From assembly GCF_009914755.1 (NCBI RefSeq), contig NC_060927.1: a DNA stretch of 64,000 nucleotides. One strand, written 5' to 3'. The notes under the pieces were generated by a model that saw only the letters and a list, made by a program, of their open reading frames with translations, was not told the DNA's origin and made no database searches. This document shows, piece by piece, positions 43,331-61,850 of this stretch (position 1 is the first letter of the stretch; each line of letters begins with the position of its first letter). The DNA is from the human T2T-CHM13v2.0 reference genome, Homo sapiens. A program made the translations under genes and the position numbers.

Positions 43331-44832
43331 TACTTGGGCTTTAAATATTTTAGATTTTTTTTTGATAAAGGGAAAGGACCTTACTTTTATTGGATAGCAT
43401 ATGTAGATAACAATATTGGGTTTCAAGCTTCCATCTATTCCCACAAGTCTTTGAGGTCTATTATTTCTTCTATTGTATAAATAAAGACATTGAGCATCAG
43501 AGAATTTAATTTGCCTAAAGGTATTCAGAAAGTGAAAAGTTGGAATTAGACAACAGGCCTTTTAATTTCAAATCCTAGATTCTTTTCCTTCAGTTAAGAC
43601 AGTCTTGGGTGCCTTGAAATATTTATATGTACCTAAACACTTTGCTTAAGCATTTCCAATACTCTATATTGCATTTTTAAAAATTATTTACACAATTCAT
43701 GAAAAAGAATGTGCTAAGAAACAGTATACTTAATTCTAATCCTTTTTAAAAATTCTATACATTTTAAAGAAATAGACCATTCATTTGACTTATGAAAACC
43801 CATTTTTTCCATCTTCAGTTTCACATGATAGCAGAAAGCCAAGTGAGAGAAGCTATGACTAGAAAAAGAAATTTCAAATCTGCTTTAAAGAGGCAAGTTT
43901 GTGATTACTTTGCCTACTGATGGAAAGCATTTTTGATTTATCCAAGAGATGTGACCCATTTATTTTCTAATTTTTGAATTTTTTTACAGACTTATCTTTG
44001 CCAGTATACTAAGACCTTTTCAAGGGCAAGGTTCTTGTCTTGTTTATTATTCTTGCCTTCATTGTTATATCACTAATATTTATGACTATCTCTGGTGTAT
44101 TAGCAATTACCCAGGAAATGCTGTGGATACATAAACTGGATTCTGAACATCCTTCAAGGTGATATGTGACCACGATTTTCATGGGGTTTCTCTAACTATC
44201 CTAACTCATAGCCACCTCTTCCTTCTCTAAATTCTTAGTCTGAATCACATGTGTAATCATAAGTGTATGTTTTGTTCTAATTATTGTATTATATTTCTGT
44301 TTCCTAACAACCAAATTGTTAGATCCTTAAGTAAAAGGACCACATGTTATAATTGTTTTGGTTATTAGTTCATTGACTGAAACTTTAATTGTGAACATTT
44401 AGTAAATCCTACTTTTTTCTGTCTAACCTTTTCTAACTCCCCCAGGCTAAGCTGATGAAATGATTGCTTACTAGCAACCAAATTGTTTAGTTCACAATTG
44501 AATTTCTGTCTTCTTGGTTAGATTTTTATCTCCTCAACGGTAGATATCTTAGAGAGCACTTTGTTGATTGTAAAGGGCAAAAACAAACTAGAAACATTTT
44601 CAGAAAACAAAGAATGTATTACAAGGATGCTCGCTGGGCCCAAAGGTAGCAATAATGCTGGACTTCAGAAATAACTGGAAATAATACTGCTAATCCCTAC
44701 AAAAATATCTCTAAATATCAATTTATCTTATCTGGAATCATCTCTGAATTTCTTGCTCTCATTAGATACCTCTTTTGTCAGTTTTCTAATCTACTGGGTA
44801 GAAATTTGTCCCTGGACATCTTTGGGGATTTA

Positions 44833-47800
44833 ACCATTTCTTCCTGGCTTCACAGGGGTCCTTTGGGAAGGCAGCCAGAGGCACTGGGAAAAGGCCAGAA
44901 GGAAAAGGAAATCTCCAGCTGAACTTTGTAACAATTTGAACTGATCGAGAAGTCTCCTGACCAGAACCTGGGGGAGGGCATGAGTCTGGTGTGCAGATTC
45001 CAAAGGCTGGGAAAGAAGGAAAGCTATACTTGCTTTTGCAACTGGGAGGCGGGTAGCCTGGGGCAAATTCTCAGCCCTGCTTGCCCACTGCCTGGAAACA
45101 GTCTGGTGCTGTTGTAGGGGCATGGTGGGAGTGACACTGGCCCTTTGAATTGCATGGGAGTAGGGTGAGGCCTGTGACTGCCGGCTTTCCCTCACTTCCC
45201 TGACAACCCTGAATGACACAGTTAGAGACAGCCATAATCGTCCTAGGAACATAACTCCATTAACCTGGGAACCTCATCCTCATCTCTCACAGCAGCCGCA
45301 GCAAGACCCACCAAAGGAGAATCTGAGCTCAGACATACCTAGCCCAGGCTTTACCCAGTGGTCCTTCTCTACCCACCCTGATAACTGAAGACAAAGGGCA
45401 TATACGCTTGGGAGTTCTAGAGTCCTGCACACCACCTGTTCCTCCGCATACTACAGTTGATGCTCTCTGGAAAGCACCAACTCCTGGCAGGGGGCCAACC
45501 AGCACAAAAATAGTGCATTAAACCACCGAAGCTAAGAACCTTCACAGAGTCCATTTTATCCCCCTGCCACCTGTACCAGAACAGGTGTTGGTATCCATGG
45601 GTGAGAGACCCACAGGCGGTTCACATCACAGGACTCTGTGCAGACAACCCCCAGTACCAGCTCAGAGAGTGGCTAGATCCAGAAGAGAGATAACAATCAC
45701 TACAGCTTGGCTCTCAGGAAACCACATCCATAGGAAAAGGGGGAGAGTACTACATCAAGGGAACACTTGTGGGACAAAAGACTTTGAACAATAGACTTCA
45801 GCCCTAGACCTTCCCTCTGACAGAGCCTACCCAAATGAAAAGTAACCAGAAAAACAACTCTGGTAATATGACAAAGCAAGGTTCTTTAACACCCCCAAAA
45901 GTAACACTAGCTCACTAGCAATGGACCCAAACCAAGAAGAAATCCCTGATATACCTGAAAAAGAATTCAGGAGGTTACTTATTAAACTAATCAGGAAGGC
46001 ACCAGAGAAAGGTGAAGCCCAATGTAGGGAAATCCAAAAAAAAAAAAAATGATACAAGAAGTGAAGGGAGAAATATTAAACGAAATAGATAGCATTAATG
46101 AAAAACAAAACCTCAGGAATAAATGGACACACTTTTAGCAATGCAAAATGCTCTGGAAAGTGTCAGCAATAGACTAGAACAAGTAGAAGAAAGAAATTCA
46201 GAGCTTGACGATAAGGTCTTCAAATTAACCAAATCCAATGAAGACAAAGAAGAATAAGAAAATATAAACAAAATGTCCAAGAAGTCTGGGATTATGTTTA
46301 GCAACCAAACCGAAGAATAATTGGTGTTCCTGAAAAAGAAGAGATCTCTAAATATTCTAAAATATATTTGGAGGAATAATTGAAGAAAACTTTCCCAGCT
46401 GTGTTAGAGAACTAGACATCCAAATACAAGAAGCTCAAAGAACACCTTGGAAATTTATCACAAAAAGATCTTCACCTAGGCACATTGTCATCAAGTTATC
46501 TAAAGTTAAGATGAAGGAAAGAATCTTGAGAGCTATGAGGCAAAAGCACCAGGTAAACTATAAAGCAAAACCTATCAGTTTAACAGCGGATTTCTCAGCA
46601 GAAACCCTACAAGCTAGAAGGGATTGGGGCCTTATCTTCAGCCTCCTCAAACAAAAAAATTACCAGCCAAGAATTTTGCAGCCAGCAAAATTAAGCATCA
46701 CAAGTGAAGGAAAGAATACAGTATTTTTCAGACAAACAAATGCTGAGAGAACTTGCCGCTACCAAGCCAGCACTACAAGAACTGCTAAAAGGAGCTCTAA
46801 ATCTTGAAACAAATCCTGGAAACACATCAAAACAGAAAGTTTTTAAAGCATAAATCTCATAGGACCTATCAAACAAAAATACAATTTGAAAACAAAAAAC
46901 CAAGGTATACAGGCAACAAATAGCATGATGAATGGAATGGTACCTCACATCTCAATAATAACATTGATTGTAAACGGCCTAAATGCTCCACTTAAAAGAT
47001 ACAGAATTGCAGAATGGATAAGAATCTACCAACCACTATCTTCTGCCTTCAAAGACACACCTAACACATAAAGACTCACATAAACTTAAGGTAAAGGGAT
47101 GGAAAAAGATATTCCATGCAAATAGACACCAAAAGGAGCAGGGGTAGCTATTCTTACATCAGACAAAACAAACTTTAAAGCAACAGCAGTTAAAAAAGAC
47201 AAAGAGGGACATTATATAATGACAAAAGGCCTTGTCCAACAGGAAAATATCACAGACCTAAATATATATGCATGTAACACTACAGCTCCCAAATTAATAA
47301 AACAATTACTAATAGATCTAAGAAATGAGACAGAAAGCAACACAGTAAGAGTGGGGGCCTTCAGTACTGCACTGACAGCACTAGACAGGTCATCAAGACA
47401 GAAAGTAACAAAGAAAGAATTTGTTCTTTAAAGTATCCCTGGAACAAAAGGACCTAACAGATATTTACAGAACATTCTACCCAAAAACAGCAGAATATAC
47501 ATTCTATTCAACAGCACATGGAACTTCCTCCAAGATACACCATATGATAGGCCACAAAATGGGCCTCAATAAATTCAAGAAAAGTCAAATTATGTCAAGC
47601 ACTCTCTCAGACCACAGTGGAATAAAACTGTACATCAACTCCAAAAGGAAACTTCAAACCATGCAAATACATGCAAATTAAATAATCTTCTCCTGAATGA
47701 TCACTGGATCAAAAATGAAATCACGATGGAAATTAAAAAATTATTCGAACTGAACAATAGTGACAAAACCTATCAAAATCTCTGGGATATAGCAAAGGTG

Positions 47801-49853
47801 GTATCAAGAGGAAAGTTCATATCCCTAAATGCCTACATCAAAAAGTCTGAAAGAGCACAAACAGACAAACTAAGGTCACACTTCAAGTAACTAGAGAAAC
47901 ATGAACAAGCCAAACCCAAACCTAGCAGAAGAAAATAACCAACATCAGAGCAGTATTAAATGAAATTAAAATGACAACAAAAAAATTCAAAAGATAAATG
48001 AAACAAAAAGCTGGTTTCTTGAAAAGATAAATAAAATTGATAGACCACTAGTAAGACTAACCAAGCAAAGAAGAGAGAAAATCCAAAGAAGCTCAATTAG
48101 AAATGAAATGGGAGATATTACAACTGACACCACAGAAATAGAAAAGATCATTCAAGGCTATTATGAACACCTTTATGCACATAAACTAGAAAACCTAGAG
48201 AGATAGATACATTCCTGGAAAGATACAACCTTCCTAGATTAAATCAGGAAGAGTTAGATACTCTGAACAGACCAAACACAAGCAGCAAGATTGAAATCGT
48301 AATAAAAATTACCAAAAAAAAAAAAAAAAGTCTGAGACCAGACAGATTCACAGAAGAATTCTACCAGACATTCAAAGAAGAATTTATACCAATCCTATTG
48401 ACACTATCCCATAAGACAGAAAAGGAGGGAACCCTCTCTAAATTATTCTATGTAGTCAGTATCACTCTAATATGAAAATCAGGAAAGGACATAACTAAAA
48501 AAGAAAACTACAGATAAATAACCCTGATGAATACAGATGCTAAAATCTTTAACAAAATACTAGCTAAGTGATTCCAACAGCATATCAAAAACGTAATCCA
48601 CTATGTACAAGTGGGTTTCAGACCAGGGATGGAGAGATGGTTTAACATACACAAGTCAATAAATGTGATACACCACATAAACAGAATCAAAAACAAAAAT
48701 CTCATGATCGTCTAAATAGATGCAGAAAAAGCATTCAACAAAATCCAGCATTGCTTTATGATTAAACCAGAGCCAACATAATATTGAATGGGGAATAGTT
48801 GAGAGCATTCCCTCTGGAAACTGGAACAAGGCAAGGATGCCTACTCTCACCACTCCTCTTCAACATAGTAGTTGAAGTCCTAGCCAGAGTAATCAGACAA
48901 GAGAAAGAAATAAAGGGCGTCCAGATCAGAAAAGTGGAAGTCAAACTGTTGCTGTTTGCTGATGATATGATTGTTTACCTAAAAACCCTAAAGACTGCTC
49001 CAGAAAGCTCCTAGAACTGATAAAAGAATTCAGCAAAATTTCTAGATACAAAATTAATGTACACAAATCAGTAGCTCTTCTATACACCAATGGTGACCAA
49101 ACTGAGAATCAAATCAAGAACTCAACCCTTTTTACAATAGCTGCAAAAAAAAATACTTATGAATATACCTAATCAGGGAGGGGAAAGACCTCTACAAGAA
49201 AAACTACAAAACACTGCTGAACTGAAAGAAATCATAGATGACACAAACAAATGGAAACACATCCCATGCTCATGGATGGGTAGAATTAATATTGTGAAAA
49301 TGACCATACTGCCAAAAGCAATCTACAAATTCAATGCAATTCCCATCAAAATACCATCATCATTCTTCAGAGAATTGGAAAAAACAATCCTAAAATTAAT
49401 ATGGAACCAAAAATGAGCCTGCATAATGAAAGCAAGACTAAGCAAAAAGAGCAAATCTGGAGGCATCACATTACCTGATTTCAAACTATACTATACGGCC
49501 ATAGTCACCAAAACAGCATGGCACTGGTATAAAAATATGCACATAGACCAACAGAACAGAATAGAGAACCCAGAAATAAACCCAAGTACTTACAGCCAAC
49601 TGAGCTTTGACAAAGCAAACAAAAACGTAAAATGGGGGAAAGGACACTCTTTTCAACAAATGGTGCTGGGATAATTGGCTAGCCACAAGCAGGAGAATAA
49701 AATTGGATCCTCATCTCTCACCTTATACAAAAATCAACTCAAGATGGATTAAGGACTTAAATCTAAGACCTGAAACTATCAAAATTCTAGAAGATAACTT
49801 TGGAAAAACCCTTCTAGTCATTGGTTTAGGCAAGGATTTCATGATCAAGACCC
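44833..49853 (+). mobile_element. L1PB-type element (5' UTR, ORF1, most of ORF2) with no 3' UTR or poly(A)
   Basis: L1PBa-like 5' UTR (CTCCAGCTGAACTTTGTAACAATTTGAAC). ORF1 remnant MKERILRAMRQKHQV, RT motif [11 protein letters not shown]. Homology ends abruptly after GKDFMIKT. Confidence 0.92.
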
Positions 49854-51239
49854 TTCATATTCTAATGGGGAGTTTTAACTATCTTTACTTTGGAAAATAG
49901 AAAAAAAAATCATTTCAAAAATCCTTGTAATATTTTTAAGACTTCAGAATTTAGTATGAATAAACATGAAAGGAATCTGAATTGTGTCCCTTTTGATTTT
50001 ATTTTTAAATTTTAATTCCAAGTACAATCTTCTCCAGCCTGTGGTGTTCAAAAGCACTGCTATAGAATTGTCATTTCAAAAGTGTATCTTCTCCAAGAAA
50101 ACAGTTTTAACTTATATGCATCTTTTTCTCTCCCCTGAGGAGAATTCTAAGCAATGCCTTCTATACTAAAACTAAATTGATTGCATCCAGATTATCTTGC
50201 TGCCCTGCACCATTTTACAGGCTCTGTGATTATCTGCAATTGTGAGCAGAAAATACCATTTTTCTGTGTGCTCCCTCAGGTTTTCACGTAGTTATGATGC
50301 TGAGGGTGGTGACCTTGAGTTCTCTTAGTCTACAGCTATTGCCACAATCTCAATGTTTTCTTAACATATTTATTTTGTGTATATACATTTCATATAATAT
50401 ATTATGTTATATATAACATGTTATATGCTGTATAACACATAATTGTTCTACATAAACACATAAAGTAGTATATGTTTACATATATATGTATTGCTAACTT
50501 AAAATGTTTGGCTTAGGAAAATGCCATTTCCTCATTGGTGGACCTCCTGCAGAGGGGGTCATGGCAGGCTTGGAGTTATCTCAAATGGTACATTTTTCCA
50601 ATGTAAGGCCTGAAAATGGGAAAGCTTTTTTTCTTTTAACATGTTGTAAGAATAGAGTTTATTAATCTGATAGTGCTATATTTGAATGCAAGTAACAAAA
50701 AAGGTGTTTAAGTGAATTCACCCAGTAGAGGTTATTTTTCACATATAACAAAATATCTAGAGGCAGGAAGTTCAGGGGCTCAATAAAGACACACACACAC
50801 ACACACATACACACTAGAAAACCTTGAATAGGATTCAACTGTTCACCTCAGCTCTGAGAGTGATAAATGCTTTCTGTGTAGTAGCTGTTCTTATGTATGG
50901 CTAACCTGGACTTATTGGAGAAGAAAAATTGTAATTTAGCTGGGGGATGATAAGGCTAAGGAAAAGCTATTATAGACATAAAATTCACATTTATCAATAG
51001 CTAGAGGAATTAAGGACACAAGAAACTACTTAACTCAATCATTTCTTAGCATTCCCGCTTGTTTGAACATTTTTTAAAAGTCACTCCTTAAAAAGTAAAA
51101 AGATATGTTTATCAGACACAGTAGAAAGAGGAATATTTAATGGTGCCAAGAGTCTACCCCTAGACATAAGTCTCGAGTACCAGATATTCTCTGTAAAGAG
51201 GGAGTGGTTGGTGATAAGTGCAGTTTAAGTGTTACCCCT

Positions 51240-51535
51240 GGCCAGGCATGGTGGCTCACACCTGTAATCCCAGCACTGTGGGAGGCCTAGACAGGAGAAT
51301 CCCTTGAGCCTAGGAGTTTGACACCAGCCTGGGCAACATAGTGAGACCCCATATCTACAAAACTGTTATTTTTCAATTAGCTGGGTGTGTGATCGTGTAC
51401 TTATAGTCCCAGCTTCTTGGGAGGCTGAGGTAGGAGGATCACTTGATCTCAGGAGTTCTAGGCTGCAGTAGCCATGATCATGCCACTGCACTCCAGCCTG
51501 GGAGACAGAACAAGATGACATCTCAAAAAAAAAAA
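51240..51535 (+). mobile_element. AluJo-like
   Basis: GCCTGGGCAACATAGTGAGACCCC and GGCTGCAGT diagnostics. TSD AAGTGTTACCCCT/AAGTGTTGCCTCT. Confidence 0.92.
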
Positions 51536-54207
51536 GTGTTGCCTCTAAGACATTTTTATTTCTGTGTATCTGGGCTAGTCCATAGATGCTAAAAGGGTAA
51601 GCTAGGTGAGGAGATCCCATTTAGTAGAGATCCCCTGCTTATCAGTTCTTCATCCTGCCTCTTCCCTCATTCCATTGCACTTCCAGAAACCAGTCTGTAG
51701 CACCTTGGTCCATCTCCTCAAGGTTGTTAGAGCAAATACTTCACATTATATTTTTCTGCTTCATTTATTCTTTATACACATTGATTAGAAGTCAGATTCT
51801 AATTATTATTTGCTCACCTATTTATCTTGCTTGTGAGACAATGTTTAGTAACCAGAATCCAAACCATCTTTGCTTTCAGATCAGCAATGTTTTTCTCATT
51901 GTGGTGCTTTCAGTCCGTAAGAATGAAACTTTGTTTGCCTTTCCTTATTTCTCAGGAAGAACAAGTCATTAAGATAACTTTAAGAAATTCCTTATGCATT
52001 CTTCAGGGGTGATGCTTTTTTAAGGTTTTTGGCATTGATGCTATTGGTAAAATGTACTGGTTTATGTATTAGTTTACGGTTGTCTTTGTTATTCTTGGTA
52101 TTAGCAAATTAAAATTTGTTGAGGCTGTGTATGTAAGACTGTTACCTTTATTTGTGTTTTCAGTGTGAAGCATATCTGGTCTTATCTAAAAAAAATCCAG
52201 ACAATATTAAGAAAATCGGACAAGTAATAAAGCTAGTCATTTAGAATTAGCTCGAATAAAGTACACTTTTAAGTCCAGGTTTGGGGGTCCAAACTGCCAC
52301 CACCATGGAATAGTAAAAAATGCATGGAGGATTCAAAGACCATAGGTTGGGGCTGAGATGCTTGTATTAGCAATGAGAGGCTAACAGAAGAGAATGATAA
52401 GATTAACTTAATAAATTCTCACATTTATCTTAAAATCTTCATGTTACTATGAAGTTCTCATAATTATTATTGTAATATATTTTATCTTATACTGATCACA
52501 TTTCTTTATTATTAAACACTTCCCTTTTATTGTATATTTATTTCTATTTTTTCTGTGATAAATAATGCCTAAATGAACATATTCTTGTAAATAGGTTTTT
52601 TTTATTTTATGTATGAGTTTTTCTTTAGAGGACATTTCCAGAAGTCAAAGGGTTCAAATGGTATAAACTTTGTTTTAATCCCTTTAAGTGCATTGCCAAA
52701 TTCCCATTCAAAAAAGAATTTGCCTCCAGGAAAAAACATAATTTCACCATACCTTGTTTAGCATTGCACTCTATCATTTGTAATGGGTTTTATGTATTTT
52801 ACATTAGTTGAATCAAAGCAATGGATAAGTAGTAAATGTACTCAAATGGGAAGAGCATCTGCACATTTACGGCTTATTAGATATTTCACAATTAAGAGAT
52901 TTCATCTGCAAGGCCCTTGTTAAATGTCTGTTTGTTGTTTTCTGTATTCACACGATAGTCAGCTGTGACCTAAGAGGTATTGCTCAATCATTTTGTGATT
53001 ATGGTTTTCTTTGAAAATCTGATAAAGAGTATCAACAATTTCTTAGAATTATGGACACATTCACAGAGACAACACACACACACATAGAATTAAATATTAT
53101 TTCAGGAAATTCATGTATTACCTCATGTTTCTTCATTTTAATATCCTTAACAAAGATGATGAGCTACGAGTAGGTTAAGAGTGAAGGAGAGGATAAAAGG
53201 AAACACCTCTAGCTCTGAAGTGTCTGCAGAAGATTAGACCAGGCCACGTGGGACTCAGCAGTGGAGATATTAAGATCATTAAATCAGTCTGAGGATTTTT
53301 CTGGATTTTCTGGTGGAGGCCAGGGTAACTAGAGAGAAGAGGAGCCACTGAAAATAAACACAGTTCCTCAAATTTAGTCATACTCTGGACTTAACACCAG
53401 AGTTAATTGATATGAAGCCATTCTTTGCTATGTCTTTGACTCTCCAGTTTTCAGCCATAGGACAGTGTTTTAAATATAAAGGAGCTAGTTTTAAAGTTGT
53501 GGTGCTCACTTTGGAGTATCTGAGAAAGCCGACTAACTTCCTCACTCTTCCCGTGAAGCCCCAGTCCTCCATACAGAAGTCATTATTTGGTGAAAGACAT
53601 TAAACATCTACATCTACAATAATGAATTATTTGCATACTAATGAGATGATCATCTATTCAATGTTTCCTATTCACACATTTTCTTTTCGCTATTTTTTTT
53701 AATCTGCAAAAGTTTTAGAACATTCTAAATAGTTACATGAAGTATTTTCAAGTTAAAAGAAACATATGATGTCATAATAGTTTAGTGAGTGAATCAATCT
53801 TATTGTCTGAATGAGAAAAATCCCAGTCTACTATTTGGCTTAATAGCAAATAAAAGATGCTGCTTGAAATAATTGACTGAACATAAAAAAGGAAACTATA
53901 TTTATGTTTCTGGTGTTTTATTATATAATGTGTAACTACATTCTTCACAACTGTGCTTTAAAACCAATATTATTATTGTATTAAATAGATTTAAGGGATA
54001 CTTTCTATTTGCTAAAGTCACAATATTATCAAGTCAGTAACTTGACGTAGTGAAATTATTTATATTGTTAACTATTGTTAACATCTTACTTCTAAAGTTG
54101 TTGGGGCAAGAACAGAGGAAAATGCATCAGACGTGGGCTGTAGTCAATTGAAAAAGTATTTTACAATCATAGTGTACTATAGATTTGGTGTACAAATAGC
54201 TTATGAT

Positions 54208-54629
<422 letters not shown>

Positions 54630-54839
54630 TAAATTATTAGCAAACAGAAGAGGAAAGAAGTAGTCCTGTGTACAATTAACAACAATTACTTCAAAAGTGA
54701 CAAATGGCAACCTGACAAACAGAATAGAGAGTAAAATTAAAAAGCAGAACAGAATTACTAATCCACACAATGCAACCTTTGGATGCTTAAATAATCATGC
54801 AAAATCATCAAGAAAATGCGTTTAGTATTCTCATTCTGA

Positions 54840-55329
<490 letters not shown>

Positions 55330-57085
55330 TAAGTACTATTGTATTTAAAACTAAAACTGTGTGTGGTTTTACAAGAAAATTAAAGCTTGGAGAATAATTA
55401 GCTAAATATTTGAGCCAATCTTCAATCAATAGAATACAAAGTTGAGGACCTTTCAGTGGAAACCTTACAAGCCAGAAGACATTGAGGGCCAGTATTCAAT
55501 ATTCTTAAAGAAAAGAAATTCCAACCCAGAATTTCATATGTGCCCAAACTAAGCTTCATAAGCAAAAATAATGTCCTTTTCGGACAAGCAAACGCTAAGG
55601 GAATTTGCTACAGACCTGCCTTACAAGAGTTCCTGAAGGAAGCACTAAATATGGAAATAAAAGACTGTTACCAGGCACTATAAAAACACACTGATGTACA
55701 CAGACCAGTGATACGATAAATCAACCACATAAACAAATCTGCAAAATAACCAGTTATCATCATGATGACAGGATCGAATCCACACATACCAAAACTAAAC
55801 TTAAATATAAATGGGATAAATACCCCAGTTAAAAAACACAGAGTGGCAAACTGGCTAAAGAAACAAGACACATTCGTATGCTGTCTTCAAAAGACCCATC
55901 TTACATGCAATGACACACATAGGCTCAAAATAAAGGGATACAGGGAAATCCACCAAGCAAATGTAAAACACAAAAAAGCAAGGATCGCAATTCTAGTTTC
56001 TGACAAAACAGACACTAAACCAATGAAGATTAACAAAAAGGCAAAGAAGAGTATTAGGATATTAGCTAAGAAAATTAAAGCTTGGAGAATAATTAGCTAA
56101 GTATTTAAGCCAAATATTTGGTTCAATTCAACAAGAAGGTCTGAAATATCCTAAGTACATATGCACCAAACACAGCATAAAGGGTTCAATTCAACAAGAA
56201 GATCTGAAATATCCTAAATATATATGCACCAAACACAGGAGCAACATGATTAATAAAGAAAGTTCTTACAGAACTTCAAAGAGACACAATAATAGTGGGA
56301 AACTGTAATACCCTTCTGACAATATTGGACAGATCATCAAATAAGAAAGTTAACAAAGATATTCAAGAGCTAAACTCAGCAATGGATCAGATGGGCCAGA
56401 TAGATATCTACAGAACTTTCCACCAGAAACAACAGAATATAAATTCTTCTCATTGCCATATGGCACTCACTCTAAAATCAATCACACAATCAGAAGTAAA
56501 ACACTCCTCAGCAAGTGAAATCATAACAGTCTCTTGGACCACAGCACAATCAAATTAGAAATCCAGACTAAGAAATTCACTCATAGCCATAAAATTACAT
56601 GGAAATAAAATAACCTGCTCCTGAATGACTCTTGGGTAAATAATGAAATTAAGGCAGAAATCAAGGAGTTCTTTAAAACTAATGAGAACAAAGATAAAAT
56701 GTACCAGAATCTCTGGGACACAGCTAAGGCAGTGGTAAGAAGAAAATTTACAACACTAAAAGCTCACATCAAAAAGTTAGAAAGATCTCAAATTAACAAT
56801 CTAACATCACATCTGAAAGAATTAGACAAGCAAGAACAGATCAACCTCAAAGTTAGCAGAAGACAAGAAATAACCAAAATTAAAGCAGAACTGAAGGAGA
56901 TAGAGACACGAAAAATCATTCAAAAGATCAATGAATCCAGGAGCTGGTTTTTTGGAAAAAAAAATAGTAAAATAGATGGACCACTAGCTAGATTAATAAG
57001 GAAGGAAAGAGAGAATATTCAAATAAACACAATCAGAAATGATAAGAGGGATATTACCACTGACCACACAGAAAAACGACAATCA

Positions 57086-61850
<4,765 letters not shown>

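Noticed and set aside
52296-52316. Strong Kozak context GCCACCACCATGG
   Set aside because: It is followed immediately by GAA TAG TAA, and there is no promoter or exon support. Consistent with chance.
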